Shown piece after piece: positions 70,638-81,418 of a DNA stretch of 248,000 bases (position 1 is its first letter; each line of letters starts with the position of its first letter). Where the stretch lies: contig NZ_JMCB01000006.1 of the NCBI RefSeq assembly GCF_000737315.1, forward strand, positions 20,001 through 268,000, given 5' to 3'. The notes under the pieces are model-generated. The model was not told the DNA's origin. It was given only the letters and a program-made list of their open reading frames with translations, and did not search any database. This DNA comes from Hyalangium minutum (lineage in GTDB: Bacteria; Myxococcota; Myxococcia; Myxococcales; Myxococcaceae). The position numbers and the translations under genes are program-made.

Positions 70638-72602
70638 TCATGGCCGGCGCAGGCCACCCGCCACACGCTCCAGCTCGGAGATGAGCTCGCGGTGGCGGGT
70701 GCGCACGGGTTCTCCCTGGGCGCGCAGGGCCAGGGCCAGCGCGAGCGGGAGGTTGAGCGCGGCGTCGCGCGACAGCTTCTCGCGGTAGGCCAGCGGGTAG
70801 TCCGCGGGGGCGCGCAGGGTCCAGTTCTCCTCGTTGACGGTGCCGGGCGCGTTGTAGACGTCGAACAGCCCGAACAGGTCCGAGAAGAAGATCATCACGT
70901 TGCGCGCCCGCGAGGCGAAGAGGTCCGCGAACTTCGCCTGCACGAGCAGCCCTGGTTCCTCCGCGAGCCTCCGCGCGAAGTCCTCCCGGCCCTCGGGCTC
71001 CGGATGCAGGCGCCACGCGAGGTAGTCCGCCTGGGCGCGGTCCGTTCCCTTCTCGCGCCACTGGGTGGCCACGCGCCACAAGGGCGGAGTGTCGTGGGTG
71101 CCCACCATCACCCAGTCCTCCGGGGCCGCGTTCTCGCTCCGGTAGACATCCGCCGGATCCGTCAGGTTGGCCTTCTGGGTGACGCGGAAGCGTCCCAGCC
71201 CGTACTGCGCCAGCACGCGCTGCAGCGGGTAGGGCTGCGTGCTGAGCACCTCGGCCAGCAAGTCGGACAGCTCGCGGCCGTGTCGGCGTGACGAGGTGAC
71301 GATGGTGTCAAAGAGGATGCTGTACTGGCGCACCTGCTCCGGCGTGAGCGAGCGCACCCACCCATCCGCGTACCGGGGCACCGAGCGGTCGAGCTGCTCC
71401 GGCGTGGGGATGGCGTAGCGGGCCAGCTCCGGATGGTCTGGCAAGTCCGGCGAGTCAAAGAGCCGCGCACCCGTCTGCACGGCGCGCAGCGGGTCGGGCG
71501 CTCCGGAGCGGTAGACCCACGGGCACACGAACCCGTGCGGGTGATCGATGCGCAGCCCGTCGTACTCCCCGAGCATCTTGTCCATGCGCGCGTCCATGAA
71601 GCGCAGCACGGGGCCGGGCTTGCGGGCGGCGGAGAGGCCCTCGCGGGGCTCGAAGAAGCGGGTAGGGTCCAGCACCGGGTAGTTCCACGGCTGGCCCTCG
71701 GGGTTGGTGCGGCTGGGCGGCGCTCCCATCAGGTACGTGCGCAGGAAGAGGCCCTGCCAGGACCAGGCATCCTCCAGCGAGAAGCCAATCTGGAGATCTC
71801 CGTAGAGCTTGAGCCCCCAAGCTGAGGCCCGCGCCCGCAGCTCCTGATGTGCGGAGTGCACCAGGAACTGGTGGAAGGCATAGCGTTCGACGAACTCCGC
71901 ATGCCGGGCGAGCACCTCTCTGCAGCGCGCCTCGCACGCCCCTTCTTCACCGGGCAGTGGAGCGAGCAGCCGCGCATCGAGCGCTGAGGCGCCCTGCCCT
72001 GACCATCGGCGCCAGTCCCGCTGCCCGTGCTCGACGCAGAGGGCCTCGAAGAGCGCATCGCGCAGCAGCCAGTCGGCGTGCTCCTTCTTGAAGGTGTCGA
72101 AGCGCTGCGCCAGGTCGCGCAGCAGGGGCCGTGCGTCAGCGCGGGTGCGCTCACCTTGGAAGCGGCTCCAGGCTTCGTCGAGCGCGACGCGCTGGGCGCG
72201 GAAGGCATAGCGGTAGCGCTCTCCGGGTCCTGTGCCCAGCGGCCGAGAGTCCACGATGGAGGCCAACCGCTCCGCGCTCAGCAGCGCGCCGCCCTCCTCA
72301 CTCACGAGCCATGCGAGCGGGACATTGAGGACATTGCGCGAGAAGAGCGTCGAGTCGTAGGGCGAGGCATTGGACTCGGAGGTCTGCCCCTGGGGCCCGA
72401 GCTGGATGCCGGTGAAGCCCAGCTCGCGGATGAACTCCAGGAAGCGCGCGGCGCCTCGGGTGTACGGCGAGCCTCGGCCCGTGTCCTCGATGGGCTCACT
72501 GGGGAAGCTCGGATCGTGGATGCCGAGCACCAGGTTGCGCACATCCAGCGCCACCAACGCCTCAGCGACGAGTCTCCGGTGCTCCTCGGGGATCAGTCCC
72601 AT
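70638..72602 (-). CDS. malQ: 4-alpha-glucanotransferase (GH77)
   Basis: SPYDS, GDLQIG, LRIDHPHG, GTHDT. Confidence 0.85.
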   Translation of the reverse strand: MGLIPEEHRRLVAEALVALDVRNLVLGIHDPSFPSEPIEDTGRGSPYTRGAARFLEFIRELGFTGIQLGPQGQTSESNASPYDSTLFSRNVLNVPLAWLVSEEGGALLSAERLASIVDSRPLGTGPGERYRYAFRAQRVALDEAWSRFQGERTRADARPLLRDLAQRFDTFKKEHADWLLRDALFEALCVEHGQRDWRRWSGQGASALDARLLAPLPGEEGACEARCREVLARHAEFVERYAFHQFLVHSAHQELRARASAWGLKLYGDLQIGFSLEDAWSWQGLFLRTYLMGAPPSRTNPEGQPWNYPVLDPTRFFEPREGLSAARKPGPVLRFMDARMDKMLGEYDGLRIDHPHGFVCPWVYRSGAPDPLRAVQTGARLFDSPDLPDHPELARYAIPTPEQLDRSVPRYADGWVRSLTPEQVRQYSILFDTIVTSSRRHGRELSDLLAEVLSTQPYPLQRVLAQYGLGRFRVTQKANLTDPADVYRSENAAPEDWVMVGTHDTPPLWRVATQWREKGTDRAQADYLAWRLHPEPEGREDFARRLAEEPGLLVQAKFADLFASRARNVMIFFSDLFGLFDVYNAPGTVNEENWTLRAPADYPLAYREKLSRDAALNLPLALALALRAQGEPVRTRHRELISELERVAGGLRRP

Positions 72603-72754
72603 TCCGCATCTGGATTCTCACAGAACCCTGCCCCCCGTCACCCCCCTTGTCAGGATGGCACACGCACTCCGAAGAGCCTTCGGTCTCGTGTCCTGAAGCC
72701 ATGGAACCTGACCTCCGGTTTGATGTCTGATGCGCCGACGCCGCATCCGCCGGA

Positions 72755-75631
72755 GTGGGCATGAACCGAAAGTGGGTCGTCGCGCTGGGAGTCGTAGGGC
72801 TCGTGCTCGCTGTCGCCTGGGTCTGGCGCAGCAAGTTGGACGCTCAGGATGCGTCTCCGCCTCGGGAAGCTACCGCCCCACGGCAAGACACCGCGTCCGC
72901 TACAGGGGGCACGAAGCGGCCCGCCACCGGAGACACGGCTCAAGTGGGGGCGCAGGGCTCCGGCCCGAGTGCTGCTTCGGAAGGAGCGACGCCCCCCGTC
73001 GATGAGCCCATGCGTGCGGAGGAAGGCTCCCTGCGCGTCGAGGTCGCCGCCCCCACAGGGCCACAGCCCGGAGCCCGCGTGGCGCTCTATCTCCGAGGCC
73101 CGTACGAGCCCGCCACCGGCCAGCCCTCGTGGCGGCTGGCGGGGAGCGGCCGGACCGACGAACAGGGCGTGGTGGTGCTCCCCGCGCGTCCGGGGCGCTA
73201 CCTCGTCTCTGCCCGAGCCGAAGGCCTTGCCACCGCGAGAGCGGACGTCACCCGGCCTCGCGGAGAGGCCACCACCTCCGTCCGGCTCCTGCTCACCGCG
73301 GGCGCCACCTTGGAGGGCAGCACCGTGGAGAGAACCTCCGGCAGCCCGGTGCCGCTCGCGGAGCTCACGCTCGTTCCTCGCGCCTCGTCCCTCGAAGGCC
73401 GCGCCTCGGCTCCCGAGGAGGAGCGTCACCTTGCCTCCAGCGACGCGCGCGGAAACTTCCGCATCGTGGGACTCGAACCCGGCGAGTACCAGCTGGAGGC
73501 CCGCGCCCCGGGTCACGCGACCAAGCGGCTGTCGCGGGTGCACGTTCCCTCCTCGGGTGTCTCGGTTGAGTTGGAGGCCTCTGCCTTCATCGAAGGCTTC
73601 GTCGAGCTGCCCGATGGCAAGCCTGCCGCACACGCCCGTGTGAGCGCCTTTGGTGCGGACGAGGCCGCCTCGACCGAGACGGGCTCGGGGGGTGGGTTCT
73701 CGCTCGACGTGCCACCCGGGAGCTATCAGGTCACCGCCCGGCAGGGAGACAAGACGGGCTCGGCCCACTCCCGGGTCGTGGTCGGCGCGGGGATGACCCT
73801 CAAGGACGTGCGCATCCGGCTCGGGTCCGCCACGGCCATCGCGGGCGTGGTGCGCCAGAAGGACTCGGGTGCGCCCATCGCCGACGCGGCGATCTCCGTC
73901 ATCCCAAGCGGAGACCGGGGAGACCTCGCTCGCGCCACCGCCGACGCCGGAGGACAGTTCGAGGTGGGAGGGCTCGCTCCGGGTGCCTATGACGTCTCGG
74001 TGCAGGCTCCGGGCTTCAAGACGCTGCGCCGCACCGGTGTCACGGTGCTGGAAGACCAGCGCTTCGAGCTGATCGCCGAGCTGATCGCCAACGGCCGCAT
74101 CGTGGGCACGGTGGTGGACAGCGCGAAGAAGCCCCTCGCGGGCGTGCAAATCATCCCCCAGCGGCGGTGGAGCGCGATGGAGGGCGTGACCGCCACCGTG
74201 ACGGATGCGACAGGCAGCTTCGCTCTCGAGGATCTCCCGCCCGGAGACGTCTACGTCGCGGCGCGCCGCCCTGACAGTGACGAGCACACCCGCGTTCCCG
74301 CCAAGGTCGAGGCCGGGAAGACCACCCAGGTCCAGCTCCAGCTCTCCGACGAGGGTGTGCTGGAAGGGACCGTCCGCCTCGCGGATGGCCGCGTCCCGAC
74401 GAAGCCAGTCTCGGTCTACGCCCACCGGGTCGGAGCCCCCGCCTTCGAGGGCACGGAGGTACCCGCCACCGCAGCGGGCACGTTCTCGCTGCGCCTCGGA
74501 GCAGGCAAGTATCAGCTCAGCGCGTGGCTGGCGGACTCGCGCTGGGTGAACGAGCAGGAGAAGGCCGTCACCGTCAAGGCGGGCCAGACCCAGCGCGTCG
74601 AACTCGAGGTGCGCGAGGGCAAGAAGCCCGTTCAGATCACCGTGCTCGAGCCCAACGGAGCGCCCAGCGTCCGGGCCACGGTCATGGGCAGCGAGGCGGG
74701 CAAGTCGAACATCATTCTCGAGGACCTGACAGACGAGGCTGGACGCACGCTCTTCATGGCGGACTCGATGGGCTCGGATGCGCTGCACCTCTGGGCGACG
74801 AACGGCGGGCGCAGTGGAGATCTGCCCCGAGTCGCCGTGGCGAGCGGCAGCGCGACGATCCAGCTCATTCCGGGTGGGCGGCTGAGCGGCTCGGTGCGGT
74901 CGGCGGGAGGACGGCCCGTCACAGGGTTCGAGCTCGTCATCTCGCCCATCCGCACCGGCGAGGACTACTTCATGCAGCAGCGCTTCGAGTTCACCGGGGA
75001 CACGTTCGTGGTGGAAGACCTGACGCCAGGCCGGACCGCCATCACGGCCACGCTGCCGGACGGCCGCGCGGGAAAGGTGGAGACCCCCCTCACCTCCGGA
75101 GGGACAGTCCAGGCCGACATCGTCGTGGACGCGGGCGGAAGCATCACCGGCCGCTTGATCGACGCGAAGACGGGAGAGCCGATCGCGCAGGCTTTTGTCG
75201 AAGTCGATGGGCTCGTCTCGCCCAACACCGGTCCGGATGGACGGTTCAAGGTGAATGACCTCGCGCCAGGGCCGCACCGCATCACCGCATGGGAGCGGCA
75301 GCACGACATCGTGGACAAGCAGGTGACGCTCGGCGCCGGGAAGACGGTGGACCTGGGTGACTGGCGCATGGGCCCACCGCGCGTGGAACCCGGGCGACTG
75401 GGGCTCACGTTCGGCATGAACGGCGATGACGTCGTCATCAGCTGGATCACCGTGGGTGCGGAGACCGGTGAGCTCCAGGTGGGTGACACGGTGACGGCCA
75501 TTGATGGGGCCACGGTGCTCACCTCGGGCGAGGCCCGGCAGCGTGAGCTGGGGGCTCCCGGCAGTCCGGTGACGCTGTCGATCCGCCGGGATGGCCAGTC
75601 CCGGACGCTCACCCTCACGCGTGCCCGCTGA
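72755..75631 (+). CDS. Carboxypeptidase-regulatory-like repeat protein with C-terminal PDZ
   Basis: N-terminal TM; repeated TDxxGxF beta modules; GLTF...GDTVTAIDG PDZ. Confidence 0.75.
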   Translation: MGMNRKWVVALGVVGLVLAVAWVWRSKLDAQDASPPREATAPRQDTASATGGTKRPATGDTAQVGAQGSGPSAASEGATPPVDEPMRAEEGSLRVEVAAPTGPQPGARVALYLRGPYEPATGQPSWRLAGSGRTDEQGVVVLPARPGRYLVSARAEGLATARADVTRPRGEATTSVRLLLTAGATLEGSTVERTSGSPVPLAELTLVPRASSLEGRASAPEEERHLASSDARGNFRIVGLEPGEYQLEARAPGHATKRLSRVHVPSSGVSVELEASAFIEGFVELPDGKPAAHARVSAFGADEAASTETGSGGGFSLDVPPGSYQVTARQGDKTGSAHSRVVVGAGMTLKDVRIRLGSATAIAGVVRQKDSGAPIADAAISVIPSGDRGDLARATADAGGQFEVGGLAPGAYDVSVQAPGFKTLRRTGVTVLEDQRFELIAELIANGRIVGTVVDSAKKPLAGVQIIPQRRWSAMEGVTATVTDATGSFALEDLPPGDVYVAARRPDSDEHTRVPAKVEAGKTTQVQLQLSDEGVLEGTVRLADGRVPTKPVSVYAHRVGAPAFEGTEVPATAAGTFSLRLGAGKYQLSAWLADSRWVNEQEKAVTVKAGQTQRVELEVREGKKPVQITVLEPNGAPSVRATVMGSEAGKSNIILEDLTDEAGRTLFMADSMGSDALHLWATNGGRSGDLPRVAVASGSATIQLIPGGRLSGSVRSAGGRPVTGFELVISPIRTGEDYFMQQRFEFTGDTFVVEDLTPGRTAITATLPDGRAGKVETPLTSGGTVQADIVVDAGGSITGRLIDAKTGEPIAQAFVEVDGLVSPNTGPDGRFKVNDLAPGPHRITAWERQHDIVDKQVTLGAGKTVDLGDWRMGPPRVEPGRLGLTFGMNGDDVVISWITVGAETGELQVGDTVTAIDGATVLTSGEARQRELGAPGSPVTLSIRRDGQSRTLTLTRAR

Positions 75632-75654
75632 CAGCCGGACAGAGGCGGACCCGC

Positions 75655-78600
75655 TCAGTAGTCCTGACGGGTCTGAGGCATCGGGCGCGGCTCTCCTCCG
75701 CCTCCATGCACCGGGCCGGGCGTGCCACCTCCGAGCCACCGGCGGAACTTCCCGAGCAGCCAGCTCCGCGCGTCCGCCAGGATTTCGTACACGGTGGGGA
75801 TGACCAGCAGCGTGAGCAGCGTGGAGGTGATGACGCCGCCGATGACGGCCCGGCCCAGGGGAGCGCGGAAGTCAGCGCCCTCGCCCCGCCCGAGCGCCAC
75901 CGGCACCATGCCGGCGATCAGCGCGAACGTCGTCATGATGATGGGCCGCAGACGGATGCGCCCGGCCTCAATGAGTGAGTCTCGAAGCGACAGCCCGCGC
76001 CGCTCGTGGGTCCACTTGGCGAAGTCGATGAGCAGGATGGCGTTCTTCGTCACGATGCCCATCAGCAGGATGACGCCAATCAGGCTCATGATGTTCAGCG
76101 TGTCCCCGGTGAGGAGCAGCGCCAGCACCACGCCGATGAGCGACAGCGGCAGCGACACCAGGATGGCCAGCGGATCCAGGAACGAGCCGAACTGCACCAC
76201 GAGGATGAGGTACATCAGCAGCACCGCGATGATGAGCGCGGTGAGCACATTGCTGAAGACCTCGGCTTGGTCCGCCGCCTCGCCGCCCTCCGAGAGCGCG
76301 TAGCCCGCGGGCAGCGGCACCTTTGCCAGCCGCGCCTGGGCATCCTTGAGCACCTCCGAGAGCGAGCGCCCCTGGACGTTCGCCTGGATGTTGATGACCT
76401 TTTCGCGGTTGAGGTGGTTGATCTGCGTGGGGCCGAAGGTCTCGCGGATCTCCGCCACCTGCCCCAGCGGCACCACCACCGGCGGGCGTCCTGGCGCTCC
76501 CGGGAGCGCCAGCGGGAGCCGCGCCAAGTCACTCGGGCTCCGGCGGGCCTCGGGCGCCAAGCGCACCATCACATCCCGCGTCTCTCCGGTGGGATCCACC
76601 CAGTCGCCCGAGTCCAGCCCCGCGAACGCGGGCCGCAGCGACTGGGCCACCTGCCCCACCGTCACGCCGAGCTGACCCGCCAGCCCGCGCCGCAGCTCCA
76701 CCTCCAGCTCCGGCTTCTGTCCCCGGCTGGAGAGCCCCACGTCCACCGCGCCGGGCACCTGCTCCAGCTCGCGCCGGAGCTTCTCGGCCAGCTCGCTCAG
76801 CATGCGCGCATCCGGCCCGCGCAGCTCGAGCTGGATGGCCTTGAACGCGCCGCCAAAGCCACTGGTGAAGACGGACGCCTGAGCCCCCGCCACCCGGCTC
76901 AGCTCCTGGCGCAACGTGTAGCCCAGCGCGTCCGCGCTCACCTGACGCTCATTCTTGGGCTTGAGCCGCACGTACATGAGCGCCTGATCCACGCCCGGCG
77001 AGCGCAGCGGCAACGGCGTGCCGATGGTGGCATACGTATAGACCACCTCCGGGTGCGAGGCCGCGATACGGGCCACCTCTTCCACCTTGCGCCGGGTGTA
77101 CTCGAGGTTCGAGCTGGGCGACGTCTCGACGAAGACCTCCATCTCGCTGTTGTCGCTCATGGGGACGAAGCCCGCGCCGCCGAACATCCCCTGCAGCACG
77201 AGCGCGCCCACGAACGAGCCCACCGCGAGCAGCACCATGGCCAGCCGGTGGTCCAGCGCCCAGGCGATGACACGCTTGTAGTGGTCCGCCTGCCGGTCGA
77301 ACCATTGGTTGAAGCGTGAGAGCGTCCGGGAGATGGGGCCCTTCCGCGCTCCCTTCTCCACCTGGGGATCCGCCCAGTAGGCGGAGAGCATCGGGTCCAG
77401 CGAGAAGCTCACGAAGAGCGACACCAGCACCGCGCACGCGATCGTCAATGCGAACGGTTTGAACCACTGTCCCGTCACCCCGTACATGAAGGCGATGGGC
77501 ACGAACACCGCCACGATGGAGAACGTGGTGGCCGCCACCGCGAGGCCAATCTCATTCGTGCCCTGGCGGGACGCCGCCATGTGGTCCTTCCCCATCTCGA
77601 TGTGGCGCACGATGTTCTCGCGCACCACGATGGCGTCGTCGATCAGGATGCCGATGGCCAGCGACAGGCCCAGCAGCGACATGGTGTTGAGCGTGAAGCC
77701 GAACGCCCACACGCTGATGAAGGACGCCAGCACGCTCACCGGCAGCGCCAGGCCGGTAATCACCGTCGAGCGCCACGAGTTGAGGAAGACGAACACCACC
77801 AGCACCGTGAGCAAGGCGCCCTCCAGGAGCGCCTCCTCGACGTCGGCCACCGAGTCGGCCATGCGCATGCCCGCGTCGCGGACGATCTCCAGCCGCACGC
77901 TCTCGGGGAGCTTGGGCTGGAGCGTCTTCAAGCGCTCGCGGAGCTGCTGCGCCACGTCCGTGGTGCTGTAGCCCTTGGCCTTCAGCACGTCGATGCCTAC
78001 GGCCTGCTTGCCGTTGAAGAGGGCCAGCGTGCGCGGCTCCTCCGTCCCATCCTTCACCTCCGCCACCTGCCCCAGGCGGATGGCCTGTCCTCCTCGCTCG
78101 GCGATGACGACGTCGGTGAAGTCTTCGGGCGTCTCCAGCCGGCCCTTGAGGCGGATGCTCTGCTCCTCCAGCGCCCCGGTGATGCGGCCCACGGGCGCCG
78201 CCAGGTTCTGCGCCTTCAGCGCCTGCACCACCTCCGCCACGCTCAGCCCCGCGGCCTGGAGCGCCCCGGGCTTCAGCTCCACCGTCAGCTCGCGCTCGAT
78301 GCCGCCCACCATCGTCACCTGCGCCACGCCTGGCACCGCGCGCAGCTCCCGTATCACCGTTGGGTCCGCGATGCGCGACAGCGTCGCCGCTGGCAGCGTG
78401 TCCGAGGAGAGCATCAGCGAGAGGATGGGCAGGTCCGACGGGTCGAACCGCGTGAGGATGGGCTCCTCCATCTCCTGCGGGAGATCCGCTCGCCTGCCGG
78501 AGATGGCGTCGCGGATGTCCTGCGAGGCCTGCTGGATGTCTGTCTCGAAGCTGAAGACCACCGCGAAGTGGGCCAGCCCGTCCGAAGCCGCGGAGGTCGT

Positions 78601-78843
78601 CCTGCTGCCATCCACTCCGCTGATGCTGAAGATGGCGTCCTCGACGGGCTCGATGATCTCCCGCTCCACCACATCCGGGGAGGCGCCCGGGTAGACGATG
78701 GTGACGCCGACGACGGGCGGCTTCACGTCGGGGAACTCGTCCGTCTTCAGGTTGACGAGCGCGACGAGCCCGAAGACGACCAGCGCCATCATGCACGTGA
78801 TGGTGACGATGGGGCGCTTGATGGCGAAGTCGGAGATGAACAC
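75655..78843 (-). CDS. RND efflux transporter permease
   Basis: GILIDDAIVVRENI, RLRPIIMTT. Confidence 0.92.
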   Translation of the reverse strand: MFISDFAIKRPIVTITCMMALVVFGLVALVNLKTDEFPDVKPPVVGVTIVYPGASPDVVEREIIEPVEDAIFSISGVDGSRTTSAASDGLAHFAVVFSFETDIQQASQDIRDAISGRRADLPQEMEEPILTRFDPSDLPILSLMLSSDTLPAATLSRIADPTVIRELRAVPGVAQVTMVGGIERELTVELKPGALQAAGLSVAEVVQALKAQNLAAPVGRITGALEEQSIRLKGRLETPEDFTDVVIAERGGQAIRLGQVAEVKDGTEEPRTLALFNGKQAVGIDVLKAKGYSTTDVAQQLRERLKTLQPKLPESVRLEIVRDAGMRMADSVADVEEALLEGALLTVLVVFVFLNSWRSTVITGLALPVSVLASFISVWAFGFTLNTMSLLGLSLAIGILIDDAIVVRENIVRHIEMGKDHMAASRQGTNEIGLAVAATTFSIVAVFVPIAFMYGVTGQWFKPFALTIACAVLVSLFVSFSLDPMLSAYWADPQVEKGARKGPISRTLSRFNQWFDRQADHYKRVIAWALDHRLAMVLLAVGSFVGALVLQGMFGGAGFVPMSDNSEMEVFVETSPSSNLEYTRRKVEEVARIAASHPEVVYTYATIGTPLPLRSPGVDQALMYVRLKPKNERQVSADALGYTLRQELSRVAGAQASVFTSGFGGAFKAIQLELRGPDARMLSELAEKLRRELEQVPGAVDVGLSSRGQKPELEVELRRGLAGQLGVTVGQVAQSLRPAFAGLDSGDWVDPTGETRDVMVRLAPEARRSPSDLARLPLALPGAPGRPPVVVPLGQVAEIRETFGPTQINHLNREKVINIQANVQGRSLSEVLKDAQARLAKVPLPAGYALSEGGEAADQAEVFSNVLTALIIAVLLMYLILVVQFGSFLDPLAILVSLPLSLIGVVLALLLTGDTLNIMSLIGVILLMGIVTKNAILLIDFAKWTHERRGLSLRDSLIEAGRIRLRPIIMTTFALIAGMVPVALGRGEGADFRAPLGRAVIGGVITSTLLTLLVIPTVYEILADARSWLLGKFRRWLGGGTPGPVHGGGGEPRPMPQTRQDY

Positions 78844-78877
78844 GGCGTCTCCTTGCGGAAGGGCGTGAGGGTGCGTG

Positions 78878-80062
78878 TCAGCGGGGCGTCGGGGAGCTCG
78901 GGCCCAGCCCTGGCTGACGCGGGGCCTGTGTCACCTGCACGCGCGTGCCCTCGGCCAGCTCCCTCGCCGAGCCCACCACCACCACGTCTCCCGCTTGGAG
79001 TCCGGAGCGCACCTCGATCTGCTGGGCCACGTCATCCCGGAGGCCCAGGTCCACCGAGGCCCGCTCCAGCTTGCCGTCGCGCACCCGCATCACCGAGGGC
79101 GGCGTGGTGCGCGCATCCACCGCCGCCAGCGGCACGGCCAGCGCCTCCCGCGACTCGGATGCCACGCGCCCTTGCGCGAACAGCCCCACCAGGAGCGACT
79201 GCTCCACGTTGGGAATCGTCACGTAGATGCGCACCTGCCCGGTGGCCGGGTCCACCGCCGGGTTGATGCGCTCGATCTTCCCGGAGAAGGTCTGCTCCGC
79301 GTCGCCCTGCAGACGGAAGTCCACCGGAGTGCCCGCCTTGAGCCTCCCCCCGTACTCCGCGGGCATGAAGGCGTTCAGCTCCAGGCTCCGGGGATCCACC
79401 ACGGTGACGAGCGAAGAGCCGGGCTGCACCACGTCGCCAGCGTTCACCTGGCGCTCGCTCACCACGCCGTCGAAAGGCGCCACGATGCGCGTGCGGCCCA
79501 CCTGCTCGCGGGCCAGCGCCAGCCGGGACTGGGCCTCGGAGAGCTGGGCCTGCGCCTGGTGCCGAGTGAGCTGCGCGCGCTCGAAATCCCGCTGGGTGAT
79601 GACACCCGCCTGGGTGAGCTTCGCGGTGCGCTCCTCCTCGGCCTCGGCGACGCGCACCGTGTTCTCGGCGACCCGCACCGCGGAGCGTGCCGCGATGAGC
79701 TGGTCCTGAAAGGCCACGTCGTCGATGCGCGCCAACAAGGCCCCTCGCTTCACGGGCTGGCCCTGATCCGCGTTCACCTCCAGCACGGGGCCCGCCACCT
79801 CCGCGCGCAAGGTGGCCGCCTGCCGCGCCTGCAGCGAGCCGGAGATGACCGGGCCGCTCTGCAATGTTCGCGGCTCGATGCGGATCACATTCTCCGGACC
79901 CAGTGTGATCGGAGCGGGCTCCGCCTCCATGGGAGCCGCGTCCCCCTTCTGCCCGTTACAGCCGGCAAGGCCGAGCAGCGCCAGGGATCCCAGCACGGCC
80001 CCTGCCCGCCTGCTCGCCCCCACCCACCGCCCTATCCCACTTCTGATGGCCTCTGGCATCAC
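78878..80062 (-). CDS. RND efflux membrane-fusion (adaptor) lipoprotein
   Basis: Lipobox LAGC; APFDGVV; GDVVQPG. Confidence 0.9.
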   Translation of the reverse strand: MMPEAIRSGIGRWVGASRRAGAVLGSLALLGLAGCNGQKGDAAPMEAEPAPITLGPENVIRIEPRTLQSGPVISGSLQARQAATLRAEVAGPVLEVNADQGQPVKRGALLARIDDVAFQDQLIAARSAVRVAENTVRVAEAEEERTAKLTQAGVITQRDFERAQLTRHQAQAQLSEAQSRLALAREQVGRTRIVAPFDGVVSERQVNAGDVVQPGSSLVTVVDPRSLELNAFMPAEYGGRLKAGTPVDFRLQGDAEQTFSGKIERINPAVDPATGQVRIYVTIPNVEQSLLVGLFAQGRVASESREALAVPLAAVDARTTPPSVMRVRDGKLERASVDLGLRDDVAQQIEVRSGLQAGDVVVVGSARELAEGTRVQVTQAPRQPGLGPSSPTPR

Positions 80063-80245
80063 CGGTGACCCCCGTCGCCGGCCACTTCACGGCGCGTAGG
80101 AGAGTCAGACCTCCTGATGCAAGGTGCCAGTGGGATCAGACCTCAGGCCCGGCGCCTGCTGGCCTGTGGACGGAGCAAAATGGAACAGCCCCCGAGCCAT
80201 GCAGGCCGGGGGCTGCCTCACCGCCGAATTCCAGAGGCGCGGCGC

Positions 80246-81265
80246 TCAGCGCACCGGCGTCTCGCTGATCAGCAGCGTCTTCGTGGAGAAGCTCCTGGCG
80301 CAGGTGGAGACCTGCCGCTCACCGCACTGGATCGGGGTGGTGGCGCGCGTCTGCGAGCTGAAGCAGCTGGCGCCCTCCGCAGTCCACTCGGCCTCCCCCA
80401 CCCAGCTCTCCGTGTCGCTCTGGACGCCCAGCGAGTCGTAGAGGTTGATGAGGTTGCCGTTCACCGTGTACGAGGAGCCGTTGCCGCAGAAGTCCGCGCG
80501 CACCATGCGGGTGCACGCCTGGTGGTGATCCTCCAGGCTCACCCCGTTCACCGAGCGCCACGGCGCGTAGCCGAAGCGCACGCACTTGGCGAGCGCCGCG
80601 CCCTCGCACGCGAAGGTGAAGGAGTTGGCGTCGTAGATCTTCCGGCCGCCCCCGCTCACGCCCTCGCGGTAGTCCCAGCGGTTCTCCAGAGCAATGGCGC
80701 CGGTGGCCGAGCCATCCGCGTTGGTGCAGATGGGGTACCACTGGCCATCCCCCGTGTTCTGGTACGACACCCGGTAGCTCCAGACATCCTGGTTGGCGCC
80801 CTCGCCCTGGATCATGTCCTCGATGCGCAGCGTCAAGATCGTGCCATCCTGCAGCACCCCCGTGAAGCGCGTCTGCAGGAAGTCCTTGCCGGACAGCTCC
80901 TGCGTGCCGGACAGGCCGTGGAAGGTGGAGCCCTCGAGCCACACATTGCTGAGCGGCAGGCTCATGCCCTCGCGCTGGGCGCCCGCGTAACGCACCGCAA
81001 CAAGCTTCGATCCCAGCGCCGTCCCGTTGACCTCCCGTCCATTGATCTCCCGGCCGTTGATTTCCCGGCCATTGTCAGTCACCAGACTGTGTGCGGACGA
81101 CTCCAGCGCGGGCGCAAGCGCGTCCCCGGCATCCGCGGTCCCACACCCCATCGCCCCACCGGCCAGAATCGCCGCCACCACCACGAACCGGACACCCATA
81201 CGCCACCTCCGCATCCACCTTCTTCGGATGCACCGGAGGGTGTGCAGCGGGGGGTGGGCGGGCAA
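80246..81265 (-). CDS. ADYC-domain lipoprotein
   Basis: GREIN pentapeptides; CTRMVRADFCG; FTFAC...LAKC. Confidence 0.8.
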   Translation of the reverse strand: MPAHPPLHTLRCIRRRWMRRWRMGVRFVVVAAILAGGAMGCGTADAGDALAPALESSAHSLVTDNGREINGREINGREVNGTALGSKLVAVRYAGAQREGMSLPLSNVWLEGSTFHGLSGTQELSGKDFLQTRFTGVLQDGTILTLRIEDMIQGEGANQDVWSYRVSYQNTGDGQWYPICTNADGSATGAIALENRWDYREGVSGGGRKIYDANSFTFACEGAALAKCVRFGYAPWRSVNGVSLEDHHQACTRMVRADFCGNGSSYTVNGNLINLYDSLGVQSDTESWVGEAEWTAEGASCFSSQTRATTPIQCGERQVSTCARSFSTKTLLISETPVR

Positions 81266-81418
81266 GGTGAGGACAGTGCCTCAGGCACTTGCAGCGTTGA
81301 TTCCTGGGCCCCCAAAGTGGCCGTGAGCACAGAGGAAGTGGGTTTTGTGTCCTCCGGTGAGCAGCGTGTCTCAAAGATGAGAAGAGGATGGGAAGAGGCC
81401 CCCCACCCTTAATTCCCG